Below are positions 52,456 through 64,000 of a DNA stretch of 64,000 nucleotides, in pieces. The notes below the pieces were generated by a model. It made no database searches. It was given only the letters and a program-made list of their open reading frames with translations, and had not been told where the DNA came from. Location of the stretch: NCBI GenBank assembly GCA_964016885.1, contig OZ024742.1:173352001-173416000 (forward strand). Reading direction: 5' to 3'. The position numbers were made by a program, and so were the translations under genes. The DNA is from Eledone cirrhosa (Eukaryota). Positions within the stretch are counted from its first letter, which is position 1. Every line of letters begins with the position of its first letter.

Positions 52456-54789
52456 ACTTTGGGTGTTTCTAAAGTTATCGGGGCGAATCTTGAGTATATT
52501 TGTAATTCAATGAAAAATATGTTTTGTTTTCATCACGCATGTATCATACCCGCAGAAATGTTTATTTATTTTCTGCTGCACGAACTTGTATACAATTATT
52601 AGTCCTCTCATATAACAGTGCCAACCTACAAATCAGTTAATAGCTGATGAGGTCATAGGCGTGTCTGTGATTGTGTTTCTTCTTGTAATGTTTAATCTCG
52701 TCTCTTATCATAACATTAGTCTCCACTTGTTTTCCAATCTTCTGTACTCATCACTTCTATGTGACAACCCATTCCTATCAAGCTCATCTACATTTCATTC
52801 ATCTCGCACATTCTCCTTCTCCATAGCGATCATTACCCATTGTCTGCTGACCTGAGGTTTGTTTTAGCCTCCTTCCCTACGGGATGAAATACAAGACCGG
52901 GCAAAGTTAACAGCTATCCAAATAGAACTCTTTTTTTATCACCTGGGTGTGAAAGGCCCCCAGTTGTTGTCACAACACCTTTCTATGAGAGGGAAACTCT
53001 GAGAAAAAGATCCTGCGGCTTCGGAAGCATCCGATGATTTTGACAAGTTCTCCTTTTCAGGTAATGTTTGAGATGCTCAGAGAGTGGGGTTGGTTGAGTG
53101 CAAGGCCTTTCCCTACTTAAAAAACCTTCGAAGCACAAGCATTGCTTGTTCGGGGATTGTCGCAAGTACGTGTAACTGGCCGTAGCTTAAAGGTGGACCA
53201 AATTCTATGACCTGACAAGCGATTGCAGGACACTTAGCAGAGTTTGCAGCCATCATGTATGTATGTATGTCAGGTCACTCTTAATTCTACTGGCAACATG
53301 CACCCCATTAAAACCTGCCCATGGTCGGGTCGTCGGTGACTAAACCAGCAATCCCACCAAGCTTTCTTTGAGAACAAGGTTGTTTTGGACACGATGCGGA
53401 ATGGAAAAACAAATCCTGTCAAAGGGCGGAGGAGCTCAGGTGGGCCAAAGGTGTTTTGTGAGAGACCTCTAGTCTTTATTAAGACTCTCATGTGAAGGTC
53501 ACTCTGATATAAAACCTGCATCTTCGTTTGCATCCAATTATGTAGACCAGTTCATCTATTGGGGCAAATGCATTCGATATTCAGAGAGTGGGATTGGCCC
53601 CGTGCAAGCCTTTCTTCAAGAACAGACATCGCTTGGTTTGTGGCAATTCTTGCGATCTATGGTATTGCTGGTCATACTGAGGACTAAAAAGCCACGTCAG
53701 TGATGCCCATGCTTAAGTATATTTCTTACATAATCCGTCCGTAAGAAATAAGGTAGTGTAGTAATGATAAATAGTGATCTTGAACGTAAAGTTGTATTTA
53801 GCTAACTCCAAATTAATAATTAATTAGTTCACATTGTTCACTAAATTAATTGTGCATTTTATATAGGTGTGTGTGTGTGTGCCCGCGTGTGCGTCTGTGT
53901 GTATCTATATTTTAATATTCTTCTCTATATTCTTCTATCACTCTATTAATTTGTTATCTTCACTTATTTTACTTTTTTCTATTCTTTTTTCGTACATTTT
54001 CTCATATTACATTCACTACGTAGGTCTTTTCTGATATTACATACCCCATATTATTTATTCTCTATTTTTAAATTCCTTACCGCTCAAATTTAATTTATGA
54101 ATTTGTTTATTCATTAATACATTTATTTTCTTTATCAATATATGCGTGTGCGTTCAGTGGTGTGACATCCGTTGTGTTGCTGGACATCAGTTGTGGTGTA
54201 TGGGTCACATCCTACCACTCCACTCTTACTGTGCTGCTACTGGGGATATCGCAGCTGTTGACGGCCGCGAGATCATATGCTTCCAGTAAAGATATTCTTT
54301 TCAACTAAATAAAACAATGGGGCCATCATATCAAAGACGAAATACTATGCCATCTCTGAATGGGAAATGACTTTGAAATATGACTAGAAGGCTTGTCATG
54401 AAAACAATTATCAATTTGAAAACTAAGTACGAGCACGTGTACCATGAGGACCAACATCGAACTTGTTCGTCTTCCTATGGATAGATTGTATTGCATTGGA
54501 AATGTTACATAACCCTATTACTTGAGATATTGTTTGATGACATCGTGCTGGGTGTTGTTTGATAGCCGCATTATGTAATCATTACTCTCCGCACCCATAT
54601 TATAAATATACTGAAAAATGAATATTTACATCTGATCTTTGCAACTATCGTTATTGCATGTAAAATCAGTCGTAGATTAACAATTCAGATTTGGAAAGGT
54701 ACAACGACGTTGAGTACTTGAACCTAGTTGCAACATCGTTTACTGATTAGGGAGTTGTATATGCAACCAGGGTTAATTAACATCTTATA

Positions 54790-54830
<41 letters not shown>

Positions 54831-55559
54831 GTAATAATAATAATTTTGAAGACTAAAATCCAAAGAGGGATCGATAAGGTATGTGTGTGCGCTTGTTATA
54901 TACGTATTTATTTATTTATATACGTTTATATAATTATTTATTTATTTGTATACACGCATACACACACACATATTTATATGTGTGTAGTTTTGTATACCTA
55001 TGGTAAGTGTATTGCGTATGATTGTGTATGTACGCATTTGTTTGCATGTATGTATTTATTAATTTCTACTACTTCTGTATTGTATTTATTTACTTTGTTC
55101 TTAACTCTGTAGCGGAGATTCATTTGGTCTCCTTGTTAGAATTTTAGTCTATGACTTCCGCTATACCATTTACGTGGTTTTCTCTTTGCGTGCTATTGTT
55201 CTCCACGCGCCACAGATGATGTATTATCTTCGTTTTTTCGTTCATTGCCAGAGAACGCATCTATGCACCACCTAAGAGAACATTAGTCTACGACCTCATT
55301 TATACCATAAACGCGGTTCTGCCTTTGGGCGTAAATGTTTTTCACCGCTCCTATTAATGACGTATTATTCGTTTTTTCCTGTTCTTCGCCAGCGAACTTT
55401 GCCACGAACCAAAGTATCGTCTTCCTGTCTTCCTCCGGTTGCAACGGTTTTTGAAATATCCAGTTCTGCGTTTACATATTGACTTTGTTAGTTTCAGAAG
55501 ATCCCGTTAAGGGTGAAAGCAGCGATTCTTTGCTTAAACTTTAATCTGTTATTTAGTAA

Positions 55560-55627
<68 letters not shown>

Positions 55628-55631
<4 letters not shown>

Positions 55632-55854
55632 AAAGAGATGAAATCGAAAATGCAACTGGAGTCTTATTTTTAAAAAAAATATATATATTTATTTGGTTCC
55701 TTTACCGGATGTGAGAAAAACCACAGACCCTCCATCTCAACTCACCTTTTTGAAAAGCAGAAGAACTGCGAAACCGGTAAAGGAACCAAATAAATATATA
55801 TATTTTTTTTAAAAATAAGACTCCAGTTGCATTTTCGATTTCATCTCTTTTTCT
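55628..55854. repeat. ~81 bp inverted repeat with a degenerate hammerhead in the spacer, between (TA)n tracts (Penelope-like remnant)
   Basis: Arms 55628-55708 and 55774-55854. Confidence 0.85.
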
Positions 55855-55914
55855 TTATACTTTCACTCGTGTAGGACACCTCAGTTATTTTTCATTTTGT
55901 AAAATAAACCTCAC

Positions 55915-55996
<82 letters not shown>

Positions 55997-56033
55997 GGCA
56001 GCTCCAACTTCGATTCATATTCAATATTATGTG

Positions 56034-56079
<46 letters not shown>

Positions 56080-57232
56080 AGTGTGTGTGTATAATACATA
56101 TATAACCTACATATGAGTAGAAAATGTTTATTTTGTTTGCAAGCAACATACTAAAAAAAGGACAGCATGATCGAATGTCAAATATATTTTGATGACACAA
56201 ATATGATTAAGTTCAACTATTGCTTAGTCCTTTACATATTTGTCATAGGCTGCGTCTAATAACGTGAATTGTATAAATTATATATCTTTCAAACGACAGT
56301 TTATCGCCAATATTACTGATATATAGAGGTCCCTGAGGTTAATGAACAATTTGGGACTCAGTACTTGAAATTCCTCCGATGACATATGTCAGATATTAAA
56401 GCTTTGTGAAGTCTGTCAATAAAATGGTAGACTAAATGATAGTAATGCACGAAAAGTATCAGGTTCAAATATATTTAACACCTGATCTCTGTTTGCACAT
56501 ACATTTAAGTATAACAATGAGAATACATTCATTAAAATCTGTGATTTACTGCGGTTTCATATGAGATATTATTAGCCGCATGAGAAACTATTAGCCGCAT
56601 AACATTTTAATATATATAAGTGACAACTAGTGACGAAGATATTCGAATTAAGAATAACATTCATGCTAAAAAGAATTTTTGTCAAGTATTAAGATGACCA
56701 TTACAACTTTTCTCCTGAGCCTGGTCCCAGTAAACTGATGGTGTGTTGCTCATTTCTACTAGCTTTCATATCATTGTCTGTAACGATGTATCACTGCCCT
56801 CTGTGTTCAAATACCAGTATCGGTATTAAACTGTTTTTTCCAGTAATCTTATTCATTTTTGGCAGCAGAATTCCCTCTTTATCACTTACCTCATCGCTCT
56901 TTATTTCTCTCACCCTTTTTTTCTATCTAGCAGAAAGTGTTTGCTGTTTTTAAAATGACCTAAGACTCGCACTGTGTTAGAACGTTCCGCTTATAAACAA
57001 AAGAACTTCAGGTTTTAAAGGTATTTTGTTTATATCGAACAAAATGTCTCATACAGCAACAATCATATAGCAATAAATAACATTTACGACTACTTTTAAA
57101 AAATGAAATCATGAGCCAACAACAAGGCTATGCACTGTTTAAAGCATCGTTGCATTTAATGAAAGTTAATATTTCTATAAAACCTATTAAACATCTGAGG
57201 ATACAATGCATACAAAATTTACATATTTAATT

Positions 57233-58000
57233 GAAACAGGCTCTGGTCTGCTTGACACGTGAAGGCCTCTCCATCCCCCAGTATACTGCGGTTCAACGTA
57301 GCTGGGAAGACATCAATTGCAGATCTTCTGTCAGGCAGATCGATTCTGGCTTGGACCTACACCGCCTGCCACCGCTCTGTTTCTCAGCCCGACAGCGGCG
57401 GGTGGCTCAGTTCGGTGTCCTCCTCATCAACCGATACTTATCTTGATGATGAGTGCACTCGCATGGGAGTAGTCCAACGTTTTGGCCTCCGCGTTTGTGA
57501 GCCACATGAAAGCCGCTGCGGCGCGGTTGTTGACAAGCTCGGCCTGCATCCACTGTCTTGCCGTCAGAGCCCATGCCGGTTCCCCCAGACACGCCGCTCT
57601 AATGACAGACTGAGAAGGAGCCAGGACGAGGCTGGCTTTCCATATCAAATGGAGCCAACTAGCCTGGACCTCGGAATGGCAAGTTCCCCGATGGAATCAC
57701 CTTCTTCCCATTCGAAGGGGGTAGATCCTTCATCTGGGACGCAACCTGCTGCAACACGTCATCGGGGTGCACTGCGAGGAAGAACGTAAAATAAACAAAT
57801 GCCGGGGTTTTTCAAGCCACTTCCTCTTCGCATCGGTCGCGGTCGAGACCTCAGGCGTACTTGGACCCCATACAGCCGAGCTCCTCCACGTGATCGGAAA
57901 GTAGACGGCCCATCTGAGGTTGGGTGGCTGTTGCAGCGGGTGTCTCTAGCCATTGTCCGCGAGAATGCTTTTGCACTCTTGTTCGGGAGGCAGGCACAAA
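57233..58000 (+). pseudogene. CRE-clade non-LTR retrotransposon 3' fragment (zinc knuckle + RLE)
   Basis: SGGWL, LDDECTRMGVVQRFGLRVCEPH..RCGAVVDKLGLHPLSC, MEPTSL, frameshifted PDGIT..WDAT, WLLQRVSLAIVRENA; T-rich tail follows. Confidence 0.75.
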
Positions 58001-59545
58001 GCCCAATCACCCTCTTCCTTCACCCTCCCCTATTTTCTGCGACACCAGTGTTCTTGCTATCCCTTTCACTTCTCGTTCCATTTTTTTTTCTTTTTCTCTC
58101 TTTACTCTATATTTTCCTATTCTCTTTCTCTTTTGTTTCCTTCCCTTTTTTTATTATTGCTGTTATTATTGTCGTCCTTATTATGTATATATTATTGCTT
58201 GTGCTGTTAATATTTAAATAACTATAATATTTTCCTTAATAAAATATTTAAATTAAAATATAACATTCACCTGCACAATCTTGAAAATACATTATTTTGT
58301 AATACCACATATCTACATCAGTGATTCTCAAACGGGAGATCCTTGGCCACTTGGGAAGTAATTTCAAATCACATTGGAAGAGGTTTAGCCATGAAAAGAA
58401 TTGTTGAGTGTTATTAGTCAAGAAAGAACGCCAAAATAGAAATGAATAATTTATATTTTCTATATGTCGCATGAAATACCAACATAACTAACTCTAGGTC
58501 ACTTTACGAAATGGTGCTTTAATGATTATCCAGTTTAAGAGACTTTATAATTATTGAAGTTTGAAATACTCGTGGGAAAAGTGTTTAAATGACATTATCA
58601 TCATTACTATTGCTGTAAAATAAAAATGCATGCGAGAATATATCACATAAGATGGAGTAGACTTTTTAAAAGGCGCTTGAAAATAAGTTTACTGCCATTT
58701 TAAACAATATGGCAACGCTATTAAACGATGTTATTTAATAAATATGATGAAATACTTGCTTTTACTCAAATGTGGGATTAAATGAGGACGCCTATGATTG
58801 TAAGAGAGAGGAAATGTGACCTAGGATTTTGAGAACAATTATTGAGAAATTAATAATGTGCTCATATTAATACGATGCTCGAGTGAAATCTTAGTAGATA
58901 ACAGTTACGAATGAAAGGGAAATAGTGTAAGCCTGGGATTGCAAAGTGAGGAATATGACATGGGTCTCTGAGAAGCACTGCCCTAGATTTAACCAGGCTA
59001 CATGAATAGAACTTATTTTATATGAGGATAATATTAAACTTTTTATTCCAACTATCTTATTTATTTTTCGCTGCAGAATTCCGTTTTATCGTCCATTGAT
59101 TTTAGTAGAGAACATTCAGTTCAATTTATTTGTGTAGTAGATCATTCTCAATCTTAATATCACTTAAAATTTTCATTTCCTGCATAGTTTATTTGTAATA
59201 TATTTTTTGTGACACTTTTTATTGACCTAGTCAATAGTATTGCCGTCATCGTTGCTCTTGTTAATATTCCATCAAGAGCAGTAATCCAATTTTCAGCACT
59301 TACATTCATAGATAGGTGAAGGAAGGAGGAACTAAAGTTTGACGTTAACGAAATCACATCAACATTACATTGTATGTTATTTCTTATTTAATTAATTATT
59401 CAATTCTTATATATATATATATATGTTCACAGGTACATACATTTATACACACAAACATACATACACACACGCACATACATACATTCTTACATGCATACAT
59501 ACATATATATATAGATACATACATACATAGATACATACATACATG

Positions 59546-59619
<74 letters not shown>

Positions 59620-59626
59620 AGTAAAT

Positions 59627-60332
59627 ATTCAGCCAGAATCGCATTTCGGCGGGCAGGAAAGGCGAAGCGAAACACAAAATCAGAAATGATACTGGCAAAG
59701 TTCTCAATAGTTAAAAACCAGACCTAAACAATGTGGTAAGAAGCCATACAAAACTGAAAAGTTGGTCAAGAAGGCATTAACCACCCAAGCCAAAAATCAA
59801 ATCAAGCTAAACAGGTCAAAACAAAATAAATGATGAAAAATAAATGATAACCAGACCTGGACGCCCGGAATTGCTGTTAAAATACGATGTAGAGTCTCTG
59901 TGACACCTAAATCAAGATACAGTCTGTTTAAAAATATAAACTAATGATCGAACAAGAATATCACGTTATCAACACGTATTTCGCTCTGTACCAAATAAGT
60001 GAATGACACGGTGGTAAGTTAAACCACGTGTGGAAATCACAAGGGCAATAACACCAGATTTTTTCAAAGTAATTCAGTATGTGTATATCAAGCCAAAAAT
60101 AACATAAATAGCACAAATCAAATAGGTTCTCAACCGGGTGGTTTTAAAATAAACTTATACAATTAACCTGTCAATAGAAATTATTAACAATTTAATTGTA
60201 AGACACGGGAGATTAATACAAATAAAGATTCAGCGAGAATCTCATTTCGGCGGGCAGGAAAGGCGAAGCGAAACGCAAAAATCAGAAACGATACTGGCAA
60301 AGTGCTCAATAGTTAAAAGCCAGAGCTAAACA
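59627..60332. repeat. ~104 bp direct repeats about 600 bp apart
   Basis: attcagc.agaatc.catttcggcgggcaggaaaggcgaagcgaaac..gatactggcaaagt.ctcaatagttaaaa at 59627-59730 and 60228-60332. Confidence 0.9.
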
Positions 60333-61649
60333 GTGAGTGTGCCTTCTGCCAACGAGGTTCAGTATGACTGAATTCACTTTAGTTTAGTTTTATGGAATAA
60401 AAGTAGAAACCACATTATGTGTATGTATGCACAACCAGAACCACACACACACACACACACACACACAGGCACACACACACACACACGCGCGCACACACAC
60501 ACACGCACACACAAACATAGACATTCATACGTACGCTTACATATAATCCTTTTTCCACGCGAATCGTCACCGACTTAATGTCATCACAAGATAAAATAAT
60601 ATTATTTATTCATTTATGTTATAGATAGAATAGAAGAGAAATCGAATAAAGTATATCTGAACAATGTTTCTTTTTCATCCTAATGAAGCGTTATTATATT
60701 CCTTTGACTCGGATTATTTTAATTGAACAATTGAAAACGAAAACCAAAAACAGTATATCTGAATGACATATCTGTTTATGTTGTTGTCAAGTAATATATA
60801 AAGAATTATCTGTGATGGCACAACAACACTATATTACAAGGTGGTATGATCGTAGATACACTACACTCGATGTCATATATAATTGGATCAGACAAACGCC
60901 CTTTGTTTTCTAACATATTTTTTAATTATATTTCCTGAAATGGTAACTACTTTGATCTGTGTCAAATGTCTCCTGAAATTATAATTAAACAATTTCTAGT
61001 CAGAATATTTATTTTACTTTTCACATATACCTGATTGTTTATTTTTCTTGTATCAACTTACAAATATATAGTTCTTTAGAAATAGAAATACTCACAGAAT
61101 AGTTGACATCTATTGAAACACAGGTGAGGGTGGTGTGATTTCGTTAAATGGAATTCTGTTTTTGAGACTTTTCTTTCATATTCTCACAGCTAGAAACAAA
61201 AAGTACGCATTTAGAAACGCTATCTTTTTTATGTAAGATAACTTGTAACGTACATGAAGAATATTATTTTCGTCATCGCGTATTGTCACATCTGTCATGT
61301 GTCTTGTTTTGAGATAAAAAAAAGATTAACCGTTGCATAACAATATTTCTTATGAAAGACATCGTGTAATATTTTCAAATATTTTTGATAATATTCAAGA
61401 ATCTGGAGGGATCTGGTAATAACATTAAGTTTCCCATTATTAAACTGCTTACATAATTTATAGTAGAATGTTTTAGACATATGTAAACAATGTAAAACAA
61501 GCACATTTGTATCATAGGAACACGCATAATTTTATGCGGTGTGATAACAATAATAACAGTTGAACACCTTTTCTGTCTCAAGGGCTATTTGGCTCAATTC
61601 TCAGAAATACTTCTTAAATAACCACCTTGTCTTCTTTACATAGAGAGCT

Positions 61650-62990
61650 AAAAGAAGGCATATCCATAAAGAAGCCTGCAGAACAAAGTCTAAAATCTAC
61701 ACGCCAGTTTTCCAGACCTAGCATATCAGTAAGGTAATGGAACGAATTATCAGAAAGAAACTGTTCGGGTTCCTCGGGAAAAATGATCTCCGGCCGTCGC
61801 TAGGTAAGAAACTGTCTTACACAGCGTTTACAACATCACGACTGGGTACTGAAATAGCTGCTTGTCAGCTCAAATGTGGACTTGATATATCTTTACTTTG
61901 TGAAGGCCTTTGACAACTTCGACCATGGAATGATATGTCACAAATTATACCGATTCGCCATAATTGGAAAATTAGATGAGTGGCTTCATGACGTCTAAAT
62001 AGAGAGACGCCATACTGTTACAGTCAACGGGGCCTTCTCACATGAAGCATCAATAACAAGCACAGGCATCCCAGTACATATAACATCCCTATCCTGAACC
62101 CAGCTGATGCAATTCTTTTACAACAAGATCTGGATGCGATGTATAAACGGGCTGATGACAGCAACATTCATTTTAATGCTGGAAAATCTCAAGCCCTACG
62201 ATATCAGCTTGCAAACACAAGGACAGTACAACACAGCTACACCGGGCCAGAAGGGATTAAAATCCCCGTGTCGAAACCGATACGAGACCTGAGTACAGAC
62301 ATGAAGATAATGCATCGTTTCATTGACACATCATGAACATGCCGATAATGTGCAGACGGCTCGCTAGCTGGATCTTGAGGCTGTTCAAGACAAGAGACCG
62401 AGACACCAGTTGATATATGGAGGACATTTGTCCTAATACACTATTGCTCCCAGCTGTGACCCCACATAGTGGCAAACTGACAATTAAGTTTGTAGCAATG
62501 CAACGAAGCTACAAGAAGATTAGCACGACGAAACAGATGAGCTACTAGGAGGGCCAAACGAATTAAAACTCTACTCCTTGGAACGAAGGCAGGTGAGGTA
62601 CGCAGTATTATGGATATGAAAGATACTGAAAGGAGTAGTACCAAACGTAGGCATTGAGAGCTGGAACACCCCTCGAACAGGACGTCACTGTGGCGAGCAA
62701 AAGATCCCGTCTTTCATATCTAGAGTAAGGATCAGATACTGCATTATTCCAGGGTTCAAAAACCCCAAAACTGTCAGGAAAATTGAGAAATCTGCATTGT
62801 GTGGACATGGAAGTTTTCAAGGAACATCTTGACACTCTGCTGTCCAGGATCCCAGATGAACCCACAGCACGGAATGAATGTAACGTAAGGGTACTCTAAC
62901 GAACCACCCTCTTACATCAATGGCCAGCCAACGCAGACTGGATATGTAAAGTGAAGTATCAAGGTCAGTGCCCCAGAATGGTCTCAGCTG
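61650..62990 (+). pseudogene. Decayed CR1/L2-group LINE RT and 3' region
   Basis: Manual translation of + fragments: KVMERII, DLIYL(D)FVKAFDNFDHG, QDLDA.YK.A....FN..K, YCS.L.PH, RAKRIKTLLLERR-like 3' motif. Confidence 0.65.
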
Positions 62991-64000
62991 GATAGCAAAT
63001 GAGTAAATGATATATATATATATATATATATCAATATTTCATTAGTAAGAAATCATCATGCGAATGAAACAGTTTTAGTACTGTAGAAGCAATTTCTATA
63101 CGTCTATATCACATTTTGTATATACTCCACTAATGTATTTGAGCATTACACTTACTATGGTTACCCCCCACATACACACACACACTGAACCCGGGGCTCA
63201 CATATATGCATATATATATCAATTATTTGCCTGCTGACCTTCTTTTACGCCAAACGCCTTGGAAAGAACATCGCTTATACATTGCATTTCTTCCCTTTCT
63301 ATGTTTCTATGCTTTCTTCTTCTTATGTGTATATTTGATGGTCAGATTGGAGTCATGAGGACTGTGGATTAACCTCTGGTCGGCCCTGGTGATGATTATC
63401 TTTCGACATCCAATGTAGCAAGCAATGACCCAGAACTTACCAGAGATAATTGTGTGTTGAAGTGATTCTGCAATCACCTTTCTTTGAGTAGACTGCAATC
63501 ACAGAGAACATTAATGTAGAATTCTCGCTCGTCGTGTATAATATTCATTTGTGGCACTCTACCTTTGGGGTTAATCACCATAATAAGAACACCTTCAGCA
63601 CAACTTAATAGACTACTCTATAGTTAAAACAATTTAAATTTTTTAAATTTTTTTAGAATTGGCGCATAACCATATAAGTTAGGGTCTATTTTGAGACCCA
63701 ATTTAATAGTTAGTAATAGAAACCAATGAGTTACCTCCCCTCATGCATTAACTCCCCTTAGCCACACACACACTTCCGGGTAGTATTTCGATGTCGATTC
63801 TCGCAACGTAACATCCTCCTGTATTGAGCCAAAGAACATCAGAATACGATTCTCTAACTGGATTGTCAAACGCCCAATATCAAATCGTCGTGGATTATGT
63901 GAGGGGCATATAATCTGAAAAATACGCTCCCCAGACTATGAAAATGTCGCAGTGCATGAATTCCATATCATCGCTTCGCTACGCATTTCCAATATTTTAG

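Noticed and set aside
52690-53720. Possible RTE-type 5' region or endonuclease remnant
   Set aside because: Too degraded to support with clear motifs.
55140-55470. - strand peptide DRKTILWFVAKFAGEEQEKT resembling a viral Rep/SF3 helicase Walker A region
   Set aside because: Lacks the GK(S/T) core, the frame is short, and the region is a diverged ~140-bp tandem duplication; an HMM search would be needed.
63300-63990. Possible APE and Tc1-like (IVWGA) fragments on the - strand
   Set aside because: Only short isolated motif resemblances and no continuous frame.

Overview
AT-rich eukaryotic (animal) DNA with no recognisable host gene; it is almost all transposable elements and microsatellites. 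The SINE and repeat content suggests a cephalopod/octopus-like genome (inference). Bases 1-18.8 kb are a nest of six non-LTR retrotransposon insertions in one (TAT)n/(ATA)n microsatellite: an intact two-ORF Tx1/L1-clade element and a Tx1 3' stub on +, and four R4/Dong-like RLE elements on - (one with an intact ORF). The rest holds tRNA-derived SINEs, Penelope-like elements (Naiad-type RT + GIY-YIG) with hammerhead ribozymes beside (TA)n tracts, a decayed Helitron plus a mini-Helitron, a Tigger-like MITE, and RTE, CRE and CR1-type fragments. Main observations: (1) the SINEs share the Tx1 3' terminus (covarying CUUGU hairpin + AGAAATCATTATT) and have ATT-starting target duplications, suggesting a LINE-SINE pair; (2) the unrelated Tx1 and R4/Dong elements share a colinear ~70-80 nt 5' cassette; (3) a Naiad-type element has an in-frame UGA at a conserved Cys position, a possible selenocysteine. 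All alignments and folds were done by eye.
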